Positions 1 to 8,156 of a stretch of 59,770 nt of DNA are shown here, piece after piece. The stretch lies in assembly GCA_030670085.1 (NCBI GenBank), contig DAOVCJ010000003.1:1-59770 (forward strand), in the 5' to 3' direction. The notes below the pieces were generated by a model, which worked only from the letters and a program-made list of their open reading frames with translations, had not been told where the DNA came from and searched no databases. The stretch is from Candidatus Aenigmatarchaeota archaeon. GTDB taxonomy: Archaea > Aenigmatarchaeota > Aenigmatarchaeia > QMZP01. A program made the position numbers and the translations under genes. Position 1 is the stretch's first letter; each line of letters opens with the position of its first letter.

Positions 1-138
1 ATGTAAAAGCGTTCACGGAAAAGGTTCAGAAACAGCCGCAGACCCCGGTTCAAAAACAAAAAGGGGCTAAGGCAGCTTTCGCTTGCATGCCCCTTCTTGT
101 ATCTTTCCCGTGCAATGTTGAAATTCCGGGTAGCCCCA
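1..138 (+). tRNA. 3' portion of an intron-containing tRNA (isotype undetermined; 5' part off-window)
   Basis: T-stem CCCGG(44-48)/CCGGG(126-130) is split by a ~70-nt T-loop insert with a GGGGC/GCCCC hairpin. 3' acceptor strand TAGCCCC plus discriminator A138. Nt 5-26 match an intron segment of tRNA-Glu(CUC) at 47351-47372. Confidence 0.5.
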
Positions 139-148
139 TAAAACGGAT

Positions 149-178
149 GACGGCTTAAATAGATTGAAATAGGCCGTC
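149..178 (+). repeat. CTTGG-hairpin family copy, tRNA 3'-trailer position
   Basis: GACGGCTTA-AATAGATTGAAA-TAGGCCGTC. Stem GACGGC(149-154)/GCCGTC(173-178). Starts 10 nt after discriminator A138. Confidence 0.7.
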
Positions 179-226
179 TCTCGAAAGAAGCTTATAAATT
201 TAAATAAGAAAATCAAAACAGGTTAG

Positions 227-736
227 ATGAGTATGGTTGACCCAAAGGATTGTTTGTTTTGCAAGATAGTTGCAGGGGAGATTCCAGCGAAAAAGGTATA
301 CGAAGATGCGAATTCACTGGCGTTCCTGGACATAAACCCAAGAAATCCAGGCCACACACTGGTAATACCAAAGAAGCACTATGAGACCCTCTTTGACATG
401 CCAGAGAATGAGGCAGGGGATCTCTTCAAGGTAGTGAAGAAAATGGCAGATGTGTGTAAGTCAGGGGTGAAGGCAGATGGGATCTCGATAGGCCAGAGTA
501 ACGGAAGGGCAGCAGGGCAGATCGTTCAGCATTTGCACTTCCATGTGATTCCCAGATTCGCCACAGAGGGACCCGTTGGGCTGGAAGGGGTGTTACCGGT
601 CAAGAAGATGGATGAGCCCAGCATGAACAAAATAGTGGAATCCCTACAGAAGGGCACGTCAGCAAAACCCAAGGAGCCGGCGAAACCTGTAAAAGCAGCG
701 AAAGAGGGAGAAGAGGAAATAGATTTCAAGTTTTAA
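227..736 (+). CDS. HIT-family (histidine triad) nucleotide hydrolase
   Basis: 169-aa ORF with histidine-triad signature HLHFHVIP and a K/E/P-rich C-terminal tail. Confidence 0.85.
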   Translation: MSMVDPKDCLFCKIVAGEIPAKKVYEDANSLAFLDINPRNPGHTLVIPKKHYETLFDMPENEAGDLFKVVKKMADVCKSGVKADGISIGQSNGRAAGQIVQHLHFHVIPRFATEGPVGLEGVLPVKKMDEPSMNKIVESLQKGTSAKPKEPAKPVKAAKEGEEEIDFKF

Positions 737-752
737 CCGAAATTGTGAGTGG

Positions 753-1130
753 TTGAACTCGGAGAATCGCATTATTTTTAAATCTGCGGGTTTCATTATT
801 CTTATGCTGCTCTCTGCTGTACTGGGCGTGTTGGATATTCTGGGGGGAATTCTATTAATTGCAGGTGGGTTTATCCCATACGGCGGAAGCGGATTCATAC
901 TAACGGTTGCAGGCGTCTTCATCGCAAAGGGTATCCTGCTCATGATTTACGGTAAACTCGGAGGAAAGGGTGGTTATGATTTGGGTTATATAGTAGGGGG
1001 CTTTCTGGATATAATAACAGGAATTCTTTTTACAGCGATGTTTTACAATATCTACTTTTTCATATTTCCCATTATGGGTATAATTATGATAGTAAAGGGT
1101 GTTATCTCATTTGTAAAGAGTATTGTATGA
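753..1130 (+). CDS. small integral membrane protein, tandem paralog 1
   Basis: 125 aa, about 4 hydrophobic helices, internal repeat VLDILGGILL / FLDIITGILF. Paralogous to the next ORF and overlaps it by 8 nt. Confidence 0.5.
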   Translation: MNSENRIIFKSAGFIILMLLSAVLGVLDILGGILLIAGGFIPYGGSGFILTVAGVFIAKGILLMIYGKLGGKGGYDLGYIVGGFLDIITGILFTAMFYNIYFFIFPIMGIIMIVKGVISFVKSIV

Positions 1131-1446
1131 TTTCATGTTTCTAGCAATTCTCGGTGTTCTGGATATAATCGGTGGTATTCTTTTAGGACTGAGTGGTTTC
1201 ATTCCATACATAGGGAGCGGTCTCGTCTCTACTTTTGGCATAATCCTTATCATAAAGGGAATTATTTCGTATATCTCAGGGGCAGCCAAGGGGTTCTTCC
1301 TAGATTTCATGGGGATACTGGATATTATAGCAGGCATCATGCTCGTCTTGGCAACCTATGGATTCGTAATCTTCTTCTTCCCCTACATAGGCATACTCCT
1401 TTTGCTTAAGGGAATCTATTCGGTGATTATTGGCCTGGTAAAGTAA
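1123..1446 (+). CDS. small integral membrane protein, tandem paralog 2
   Basis: 107 aa with the same internal repeat (VLDIIGGILL / ILDIIAGIML) and the ..KGI.S.. spacing seen in 753-1130. Confidence 0.5.
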   Translation: MYDFMFLAILGVLDIIGGILLGLSGFIPYIGSGLVSTFGIILIIKGIISYISGAAKGFFLDFMGILDIIAGIMLVLATYGFVIFFFPYIGILLLLKGIYSVIIGLVK

Positions 1447-1515
1447 CTGATTTTTACAGCTGGTGAATCTCTGATTCACCATAAATTTATTAATTATAAC
1501 AATTCATAGAGGATT

Positions 1516-2790
1516 ATGGAAATAAGGATGATTCAGGAGTATTACTCCAGAGAGGATGTTCAGAAGGCGATACTTGGTCTGGCAAAGAACAGGGAGGTTG
1601 TTGGTGTTTTTAAGTCAGGGTCATTTGGAAGCAGGCCGAATGTTCTGGTTTACCCCCAGGATATAACCGCAATGGTCAAGTCAGGGGTTCTGGAATTCCA
1701 TTCCTCCCTGGAGAGGTGGTCAAATCCCATGGCCCTGAAATCAGACAACTACGAGGATTTGAGGGTTGGTTGGGATCTCATTCTCGATATTGACTGCAAG
1801 GAATTTGAGCACGCAAAGATCGCTGCAGAGGTTTTAGCAAAAGCACTGGAAAAACATGGCGTCAGGAACTACTCCATGAAGTACACTGGAGGTAAGGGTT
1901 TCCATCTTGGAATCCCCTGGGAGAGCATCCCAAAAGTAGTAGATTACAAGAAGAGTGTGACATTGTTCCCTGACCTTGCTAGGCATATGGGCCTTTACCT
2001 GAAAAACTTTATCAGGGAAGACCTTGGTGAGGCCTTTCTGAAGAAATTCAGGCCAGAGGAGCTTGCAGAACAGACCGGGAAACCGCTTGGAAAGATTCTG
2101 GTTGAGGACAATGTTGATCCATTCCAGATAATTGAGATAGACCCTGTTCTTATTTCACCGAGGCATCTCTTCAGGATGCCCTATTCCCTGAACATCAAAA
2201 CCGGTCTCGTCTCGGTTCCCATAAGAATAGATAACCTCAATCGCTTTAGAAAAGATGACGCCCACCCGGACCTTGTAAGGGTGAGGGAGGGTTTTCTGGA
2301 TAAGGGGAAACCCGGAGAAGCGGAGATTCTTGTCACTGAAACAGTTGACTGGTGGACAAGAAGGCAGGTTGCTGAGAGGAGGAAGTTCCAGAGGAGGGTC
2401 AGATTCACAAAAGCAATACCCCAGGAGTTATTCCCTCCATGCATACAGAATATAAGGGTTGGTCTGAGTGACGGAAGGAAGAGATCGGTCTTCATCCTTA
2501 TAAACTTCCTCTCCTCCTTGAAGTGGGGGAGGGAGAACATGGAGAAGTTCGTCCTGGAATGGAACCAGAAGAACAAGCCCCCGCTTCCTGAAAACTACAT
2601 AAAGGGCCAGCTAAGGTGGCACAAGAACAGTCGCAAAACCATCCTCCCACCCAACTGCCTGAAGGAGGGCTTTTACATGAGCTTCGCTGTATGCAAGCCT
2701 GATAACTTCTGCAGCAAGGACAAGAACGTGAAGAATCCTGTCAACTACCCATTCAGGAAGATGGGACGGGGAAAGAAGAGGGGTAAGTGA
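1516..2790 (+). CDS. priS: archaeo-eukaryotic DNA primase, PriS catalytic domain fused to a PriL-C-terminal-like Cys-rich domain
   Basis: AEP motifs LILDIDC, YTGGKGFHL and IDPVLISPRHLFRMPYSLNIKTG. C-terminal ~125 aa carries FPPCIQNI..GRKRSVFILINFL plus four Cys (309, 381, 393, 399), resembling the PriL Fe-S domain. Confidence 0.75.
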   Translation: MEIRMIQEYYSREDVQKAILGLAKNREVVGVFKSGSFGSRPNVLVYPQDITAMVKSGVLEFHSSLERWSNPMALKSDNYEDLRVGWDLILDIDCKEFEHAKIAAEVLAKALEKHGVRNYSMKYTGGKGFHLGIPWESIPKVVDYKKSVTLFPDLARHMGLYLKNFIREDLGEAFLKKFRPEELAEQTGKPLGKILVEDNVDPFQIIEIDPVLISPRHLFRMPYSLNIKTGLVSVPIRIDNLNRFRKDDAHPDLVRVREGFLDKGKPGEAEILVTETVDWWTRRQVAERRKFQRRVRFTKAIPQELFPPCIQNIRVGLSDGRKRSVFILINFLSSLKWGRENMEKFVLEWNQKNKPPLPENYIKGQLRWHKNSRKTILPPNCLKEGFYMSFAVCKPDNFCSKDKNVKNPVNYPFRKMGRGKKRGK

Positions 2791-2841
2791 ACTTAGGGGA
2801 TAATATTAAAATCTTAATGTTAATTCTGAATAGGTGTTAAG

Positions 2842-3357
2842 ATGTTGACGTACGAGACGCTTCGGAGAATGATGACTGATGAGAAGAATTCCAAGAAGCT
2901 GCTGAACCTTCCTGAGAACTTCTTTGACGAGGCCAAGGCGTATCTTGAGAACAAGGCGAAATTCGCTGATACCAAAGAGGATGCATGGGAGCTAGATTCA
3001 GCCAGGAGAGTCCTTCAAGACCTTCTGGAGATTCGGGAGGGGAAGCTCCTAACCATCGCCCTCTACAACATCAGATCCGGAGAAACCCCCGGAAGCATTA
3101 CAAAGGAGGAGAAGGAATTCTTTGACAATATCGTAAACAGGATAAAGGAGTTTCAGGAGAGAAGGAGAGAGATGTTTGAGGGTAAGAAAGAGAAAATGCA
3201 GGCTGTCGCCTTTCTCGAAGCCCTTCCACAGTTCGTGGGGGCTGACATGAAGAACTACGGCCCATTCGAAAGGGGAGACATGGCAACCATACCAGAGGCC
3301 AACGCCAAGCTGCTTGTGGAAAGGGGCATTGTAAAGCAGATCAACCCGAACAAGTAG
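2842..3357 (+). CDS. GINS-family replication protein (Gins51/15-like), tentative
   Basis: 171 aa. N-terminus YETLRRMMTDEKNSKKLLNLPENFFDEAKAYL resembles archaeal GINS. priS-gins adjacency is common in archaea. No search run. Confidence 0.5.
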   Translation: MLTYETLRRMMTDEKNSKKLLNLPENFFDEAKAYLENKAKFADTKEDAWELDSARRVLQDLLEIREGKLLTIALYNIRSGETPGSITKEEKEFFDNIVNRIKEFQERRREMFEGKKEKMQAVAFLEALPQFVGADMKNYGPFERGDMATIPEANAKLLVERGIVKQINPNK

Positions 3358-3424
3358 AAAAATAAATTTAAATAAACAACCCTTATACATAGTTAATCAT
3401 TCGCAAACGAGAAAGGAGATTCGA

Positions 3425-3712
3425 ATGAAATTCCCGAAAAAGATAAGAGTGTACTGCCCGAAGTGCAGGAAACACACTGCTCATAACGTGAAGATGGCGA
3501 AGAAAAGGGTCAGGGGAACCGCTCACCCTAACGCCCAGGCTGCAAAGAGAAAGGACAGGCACAAGAGGGGATACGGTGGTCATGGGAAATATTCAAAGCC
3601 TGCAGCAGGCAAGAAACCGACCCAGAAGGTCGACCTGAGGCTGGAGTGTGAAGAGTGTAAGAAAATGCACACCAAGGCCGGGTTCAGGGTTAAAAAATTC
3701 GAGATGGTATGA
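3425..3712 (+). CDS. rpl44e: 50S ribosomal protein L44e (eL42)
   Basis: 95 aa, basic, zinc ribbon CPKCRKHTAH...CEECKK. Confidence 0.9.
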   Translation: MKFPKKIRVYCPKCRKHTAHNVKMAKKRVRGTAHPNAQAAKRKDRHKRGYGGHGKYSKPAAGKKPTQKVDLRLECEECKKMHTKAGFRVKKFEMV

Positions 3713-3987
3713 TGGGATTGAAGACTCTTGCAGGAACGTACTTGAAGAGAATGAATAAATTGGATAGCACGAATATCCTGCTCAGGTTCATCTATGAGAG
3801 CGGTATGGATGTATACAAGATTGATAAGGATGATGTGATAATTAAGATGTTGAATATAGGCGTTAATGCAGATTTGAATCTGGATGAGGTTGGGGGATAC
3901 ATAAAAAAGGATCTTGATGTATTGAAAAAGCATACGCTCAGTGATTATGGGGGTGTCGAAAATGACAGGGAAGTTTTTGAAAGTTAA
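3709..3987 (+). CDS. hypothetical protein wedged between rpl44e and rps27e
   Basis: 92-aa ORF whose start overlaps the rpl44e stop (ATGA). AT-richer than its neighbours. No motif recognised. Confidence 0.3.
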   Translation: MMGLKTLAGTYLKRMNKLDSTNILLRFIYESGMDVYKIDKDDVIIKMLNIGVNADLNLDEVGGYIKKDLDVLKKHTLSDYGGVENDREVFES

Positions 3988-4129
3988 GTGCGGGAAGTGC
4001 AAGAACGAGCAGGTCATATTTGAGAAGCCTGCTGGAAAGGTTGAATGCCTTGTCTGTGGCGAAATCTTGGCTGAGTCCAGAGGAGGCAAGGCCAGGATAA
4101 AGGCAAAGGTACTGGAGGTTGTTAGGTAG
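3941..4129 (+). CDS. rps27e: 30S ribosomal protein S27e (eS27)
   Basis: Zinc ribbon CGKCKNEQ...CLVCGE. The true start is probably ATG 3962. Confidence 0.85.
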   Translation: MIMGVSKMTGKFLKVKCGKCKNEQVIFEKPAGKVECLVCGEILAESRGGKARIKAKVLEVVR

Positions 4130-4131
4130 TT

Positions 4132-4893
4132 ATGAAGAAGCATGGAAAACCCTCTTGGGGTGAGCTTGTTATATGCAAGATAACCAAGATACACCCGAAT
4201 TCTGCTTTTGCTGAGCTGATAGAGTATAAAATGAGTGGAATGATTCATGTTTCTGAGGTAGCTTTGAAATGGGTCAGGAATATCAGGGATTTCCTGAAGG
4301 AGAACCAGTACGTGGTGTGCAGGGTAATGAGGATTGATGGAGATAGCATATCACTTTCAGTGAAGAGGGTAAGGAGGGAGGATGCAGACAGGAGGCTCAA
4401 TGAGTTCAAGAGGGAGAACAAAGCCGAGAAGATGCTTGAGCTTGCTGGTAAGAAACTCAAGAAGAGTTTAAGCGAGGCGTATGAAGAAGTTGGGTACAGG
4501 CTCCAGGAGGAGTTCGGGTCCCTTGTAAAAGCGTTTGAGTTCGCGCTGAAAAACCCGGAACTTCTGAAGAGTAAGGGCATCCCCAAGAACTGGACAGACG
4601 TCCTCACAGAGATTGCGAAAAAATCCTTCTCAGAGAAGATTTATGAAGTGAAAGCGAAACTGAACCTCGTTTGTTACCAGTCCGATGGTATTGATGTAAT
4701 CAAGAGGGTTTTGTCAGGGGCGGAGGGAGACGGCCTGGAGGTCAAGTACATATCTGCCCCGGAGTACATGCTTGTGGGTAGGGGAAAGAATTACAAGGAG
4801 ATTGAAACCAAGATCAGGAATGCAGCGGAAAACATAGTAAATGAAGTAAAAAAGCAGAAGGGTGAATGCTCTTTTGAGATTATTGAAAAATAA
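4132..4893 (+). CDS. eif2a: translation initiation factor aIF2 alpha subunit
   Basis: 253 aa, N-terminal S1 domain (GELVICKITKIHPNSAFAEL..GMIHVSEV). Conserved position after rps27e. Confidence 0.85.
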   Translation: MKKHGKPSWGELVICKITKIHPNSAFAELIEYKMSGMIHVSEVALKWVRNIRDFLKENQYVVCRVMRIDGDSISLSVKRVRREDADRRLNEFKRENKAEKMLELAGKKLKKSLSEAYEEVGYRLQEEFGSLVKAFEFALKNPELLKSKGIPKNWTDVLTEIAKKSFSEKIYEVKAKLNLVCYQSDGIDVIKRVLSGAEGDGLEVKYISAPEYMLVGRGKNYKEIETKIRNAAENIVNEVKKQKGECSFEIIEK

Positions 4894-4916
4894 TCTGTTC
4901 TGTGTGTTTTTTGGCA

Positions 4917-5483
4917 TCAACATGATACAGGGATCACCTTTACACCAATATCCTTTAGGTCCTTCCTGAATATTTGCAGGGCGGTTTGTATGTCCTTGGT
5001 GTTACGGGCACCTGTACATATTACCCTTCCAGAAGAGAACAGCAGGAAAGCGACCCTTGGGCTCTTTACCCTGTAAACCAGACCCGGGAACTGCTCTGGC
5101 TCGTACTCGGAATTTTCCAGGGCAAATGCAATCTCTTCTAGATTTATGTTACCTTTTACTTTAGAGGAGGCCACGATGTTTTCCACTTTCATGTTAAATT
5201 TTGTTGGTACCTTCATTCCGGCCTTTCTAATCCTGTTTACAATCTTTTGCATGGCAGATTTTGCATCCTCTGCTGACCTTGTACCCGTACATACGATCTT
5301 TCCCTGGGAGAAAATCAGGGCTGACGCCCTTGGATTTGTTATCCTGTAGATTAAGCCAGGAAATGTTTCTGGCTGCCATTCTGTATCTTCAACCTCACTC
5401 AGGATTTTACTCAGTGATACAGGCTTACCCAGTGCAGTGAAAGCAACAACATTCTGGACTTTAATATCGAACTCATTGCTCAT
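4917..5483 (-). CDS. tbp: TATA-box binding protein
   Basis: 188 aa with two direct repeats (VQNVVAF..FPGLIYR / VENIVAS..FPGLVYR). Confidence 0.9.
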   Translation of the reverse strand: MSNEFDIKVQNVVAFTALGKPVSLSKILSEVEDTEWQPETFPGLIYRITNPRASALIFSQGKIVCTGTRSAEDAKSAMQKIVNRIRKAGMKVPTKFNMKVENIVASSKVKGNINLEEIAFALENSEYEPEQFPGLVYRVKSPRVAFLLFSSGRVICTGARNTKDIQTALQIFRKDLKDIGVKVIPVSC

Positions 5484-5603
5484 GCTTATATTTCATGCGT
5501 AACACCTTAAAGGTTTCGGTAGGGACTGATTCAAATGAATAAGAAGCGAAATTATGAACAGTTGTGTGTAATTATTTAAAAACCCTTGGTGCAATTTGAT
5601 ATT

Positions 5604-6932
5604 ATGCTTGACAAATTTGGAGATTCGTTGAAGAAAACCTTCAGGAAGATTGCAGGCCTCGGTGTAGTGGATAAAGAGGCTGTGGAGCTTGTCGTGAGGG
5701 ACCTGCAGAGGGCCATGCTGCAGGCTGATGTAGACGTTGAACTCGTTTCTGGGTTATCGGACTCTATAAAGAAAAAGGTTATAGGGGTAAAGCCCCCTAC
5801 TGGTTTGACACTGAAGGAGTATTTCGTAAAAACCCTCTACGATGAGGTTGTTGTGTTCCTGGGAAAGGAGAAGGGAGAGCTTGCCCTCAAGCCCCAGAAG
5901 ATTCTTCTAATAGGGCTTTTTGGTTCTGGTAAAACATCAACAGCTGGGAAGCTTTCCAAGTGGCTCCAGACTAGAGGCCTCAAACCCGCTTTGGTCGCGT
6001 GTGATACCCACAGGGCAGCGGCCCAGGAACAGCTCAGACAGATGGGTAAGAAGGCAGGTGTAAATGTTTACGATGGGGGTAAGAAACCAGAGGACATAGC
6101 GAAGAATGCCCTGAAGAAAGCAAAGGAGGAGGTTCTGATATTCGATTCAGCCGGAAGAGACGCGTTGGATAAGACACTGGCAAAGGAGCTCAAGAATATG
6201 GGTAAGATTATAAAGCCAAATGAGGTTCTCCTTGTTATTCCCGCTGACATGGGGCAGGCAGCGAGAAAGCAGGCAGAGGAGTTCAACAAGCTTGTCGGGA
6301 TAACAGGAATAATAGTCACAAAACTCGACGGGACAGCAAGGGGTGGTGGAGCGTTAGCCGCGGCTTCTGTCTCAGGAGCAGGGGTGAAGTTCATAGGAAC
6401 AGGTGAAGGAATCGGGGATTTCCAGGTGTACGATCCCAGGAGATTCGTAGGAAAACTCATCGGCTACGGAGACATTCAGGGACTACTTGAGAAAGCGAAG
6501 GAAGTGGGGATAAAGCCAGAGGAGGCAAAGAAGATTCTCGAGGGCGAGTTCACACTGAATGAGTTCTTCGAGCAGATAAAGTCAATGCAGAAGATGGGTT
6601 CCCTCTCAAAGGTTATGGATATGATTCCCGGGATTTCGGGGTTAAAGATACCAAAGGGCTTCATGGATGTTCAGGGGGAAAAGATGGAGAGATGGGGCCA
6701 CATAATAAACAGCATGACCCCTCAGGAGAAGAGGGAGCCTGATACCATAAAGGCTTCACGCATAAAGCGTATCTCAAAGGGAGCAGGAGTAAGCGATAGT
6801 GATGTGAGGGAGCTGCTTAAATACTACAAGCAGGTCAAGAAGGTTATAAAGCTCACAAAGGGTGGAAAGGGCTTGAAAAGAGGACCCCTGGCAAGGTTTG
6901 CCAAACAGTTCGGGTTCGGCATGGAGGCTTGA
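5604..6932 (+). CDS. srp54: signal recognition particle protein SRP54
   Basis: GTPase motifs GLFGSGKTS, DSAGR and TKLDG, plus a Met-rich M domain. ATG 5604 preferred over the upstream TTG 5586. Confidence 0.9.
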   Translation: MLDKFGDSLKKTFRKIAGLGVVDKEAVELVVRDLQRAMLQADVDVELVSGLSDSIKKKVIGVKPPTGLTLKEYFVKTLYDEVVVFLGKEKGELALKPQKILLIGLFGSGKTSTAGKLSKWLQTRGLKPALVACDTHRAAAQEQLRQMGKKAGVNVYDGGKKPEDIAKNALKKAKEEVLIFDSAGRDALDKTLAKELKNMGKIIKPNEVLLVIPADMGQAARKQAEEFNKLVGITGIIVTKLDGTARGGGALAAASVSGAGVKFIGTGEGIGDFQVYDPRRFVGKLIGYGDIQGLLEKAKEVGIKPEEAKKILEGEFTLNEFFEQIKSMQKMGSLSKVMDMIPGISGLKIPKGFMDVQGEKMERWGHIINSMTPQEKREPDTIKASRIKRISKGAGVSDSDVRELLKYYKQVKKVIKLTKGGKGLKRGPLARFAKQFGFGMEA

Positions 6933-6934
6933 GT

Positions 6935-7057
6935 ATGGCGAAATACGAATGTAAGAAGTGTGGATGGGTTGGAAAGCCCATATTCATGGAGCCTGCAACA
7001 AGGCTTTGCCCAAACTGCAGAAGCACCAGCGTTCAAAAAGTGAAGAAGAAAGAGTAA
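6935..7057 (+). CDS. 40-aa zinc-ribbon micro-protein
   Basis: MAKYECKKCG...LCPNC, two CxxC pairs. Starts 2 nt after the srp54 stop and ends 1 nt before tRNA-Gly. Below the ORF-track cut-off. Confidence 0.45.
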   Translation: MAKYECKKCGWVGKPIFMEPATRLCPNCRSTSVQKVKKKE

Positions 7058-7058
7058 A

Positions 7059-7189
7059 GCGCCAGTAGTCTAATGGTAGGACGTCGAGCGTTCGCGCGGA
7101 ACCCTGCCACGGCGGAGATTCGGGTTCAAAGTGAATGAAGGCTTGAATAGATTGAATCAAGCCTTCTTTTGAAAATCCCGGCTGGCGCA
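7059..7189 (+). tRNA. tRNA-Gly(GCC) with two introns (anticodon stem 29/30, T-loop)
   Basis: Acceptor GCGCCAG/CTGGCGC plus A7189. D-arm AGTC-TAATGGTA-GGAC. Anticodon loop CTGCCAC (GCC 7106-7108). 15-nt insert at 7087-7101 splits the 5' anticodon stem TCG|CC. ~45-nt T-loop insert carries the hairpin at 7137-7166. Confidence 0.75.
7137..7166 (+). repeat. CTTGG-hairpin family copy inside the T-loop intron of tRNA-Gly(GCC)
   Basis: GAAGGCTTGA-ATAGATTGAA-TCAAGCCTTC, a perfect 10-bp stem. Confidence 0.75.
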
Positions 7190-7238
7190 TAATTAAAACT
7201 TATTTAAGGGAGAAACCAAATATTTAATAAGTGGTTTT

Positions 7239-7754
7239 ATGGCTAACGAAAATGATGAGGGAATATCAATACCAGCTGTTCCAAAACCCATTCCTAAGCC
7301 AGTCTCGAGACCTGTTTCTGAGGGGGAGCTGCCAGAAGCACCCTCACCGGAAAAGCCAGTACTGGCTGAAAAAAGGGCTGAGAAGCCAATGCCAAGAACA
7401 GAGCGTGTTCATCCAAGGTCACCACCACCACTCTTCATAAAGATAGACAAGTATCAGGATGTTGTTGAAAATCTACAGAAATTGAAATCCATAGCACTGG
7501 GTCTCAGGGATGCGTTGGATGCATTGGCTGACATAGAGAAGGAGCTGACAACAGGAATAAACATAACGCATAAAGCGTTGGACGACTTCAATACAATAAT
7601 ATCCATGCTCGACTCCAAGCTTACGAGAGTGGGGGAAATAGGAACAGGCAAGAAGATTGGGACAGTAGGAGAGGTAGACAATTACGTAAGGAACATCTAC
7701 AGCCAGATGGATAAAATCAAGCAGGAACTGAAGAACGTTGAGGAAGAGCTATAA
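7239..7754 (+). CDS. hypothetical protein, Pro-rich N-terminus and coiled-coil C-terminal part
   Basis: 171-aa ORF. No family recognised. Confidence 0.5.
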   Translation: MANENDEGISIPAVPKPIPKPVSRPVSEGELPEAPSPEKPVLAEKRAEKPMPRTERVHPRSPPPLFIKIDKYQDVVENLQKLKSIALGLRDALDALADIEKELTTGINITHKALDDFNTIISMLDSKLTRVGEIGTGKKIGTVGEVDNYVRNIYSQMDKIKQELKNVEEEL

Positions 7755-7770
7755 TAAAACCTTTTTCTTT

Positions 7771-7780
7771 TTTATATAAG
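7771..7780 (+). promoter_or_regulatory. TATA-like box upstream of the tRNA-Leu(CAA) transcription unit
   Basis: TTTATATAAG lies ~35-40 nt before the first leader hairpin (7814). Confidence 0.35.
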
Positions 7781-7813
7781 TTAGTATTCATAAGAATATT
7801 CTACATGATACAT

Positions 7814-7884
7814 GACGGTTTGGAAGTTTCGAACGATGACTTGGATTGGCTGTTCAGGTCATCTATCGCTTGTAGCAGGCCGTC
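7814..7884 (+). repeat. nested CTTGG-hairpin copy in the tRNA-Leu(CAA) leader
   Basis: Outer GACGG(7814-7818)/CCGTC(7880-7884). Inner GATGACTTGG-ATTGGCTGTT-CAGGTCATC (7835-7863). Confidence 0.6.
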
Positions 7885-7901
7885 TATTGAAAATAACGTA
7901 T

Positions 7902-7931
7902 GATGGCTTGGGTAGATTGGACAAGGCTATC
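7902..7931 (+). repeat. CTTGG-hairpin copy in the tRNA-Leu(CAA) leader
   Basis: GATGGCTTGG-GTAGATTGGA-CAAGGCTATC (imperfect stem). Ends 12 nt before the tRNA 5' end. Confidence 0.6.
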
Positions 7932-7943
7932 TATCAAAGGAAT

Positions 7944-8097
7944 GCGGAGGTAGCGAAGTGGTCAAACGCGCTGGACTCAAGACATCTCATGAGTGCGTGA
8001 GAAATCCAGTCCCTTAGTGGGTTCGGCGGTTCGAAAACGCGTTTGACGGCTTGGTTAAAACGGATAAAGCCGTCGTTCGAGAATCCGCCCCTCCGCA
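7944..8097 (+). tRNA. tRNA-Leu(CAA) with two introns (canonical 37/38, T-loop)
   Basis: Acceptor GCGGAGG/CCTCCGC plus A8097. Anticodon stem CTGGA/TCCAG, anticodon CAA at 7978-7980. ~22-nt intron at 7982-8003. Long variable arm. T-stem GGCGG/CCGCC is split by a ~48-nt insert. Confidence 0.8.
8045..8074 (+). repeat. CTTGG-hairpin copy inside the T-loop intron of tRNA-Leu(CAA)
   Basis: GACGGCTT-GGTTAAAACGGATA-AAGCCGTC. Confidence 0.75.
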
Positions 8098-8108
8098 TAC
8101 AATCGAAA

Positions 8109-8138
8109 GACGGCTTGGATAAATCGAATCAAGCCGTC
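8109..8138 (+). repeat. CTTGG-hairpin copy, tRNA-Leu(CAA) 3' trailer
   Basis: GACGGCTTG-GATAAATCGAAT-CAAGCCGTC. Starts 11 nt after discriminator 8097. Confidence 0.8.
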
Positions 8139-8156
8139 AAACGAATAACATTGATA

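Noticed and set aside
3580-4248. Long antisense ORFs such as 3580-4248 (222 aa), 46144-46857 (237 aa), 23766-24353 (195 aa), 36939-37448 (169 aa) and 16203-16718 (171 aa).
   Set aside because: They lie fully opposite strongly supported conserved genes (rpl44e/rps27e, PAC2, secY, nop5, valS). Their low-complexity, Ser/Leu/Phe-rich composition is typical of shadow ORFs.
8109-8138. The conserved loop GAUAAAUCGAAU could be a K-turn/K-loop (L7Ae-binding) motif.
   Set aside because: The tandem sheared G.A arrangement is absent. That would be a 3-nt bulge followed by GA on one strand, and GA directly abutting the stem on the other.
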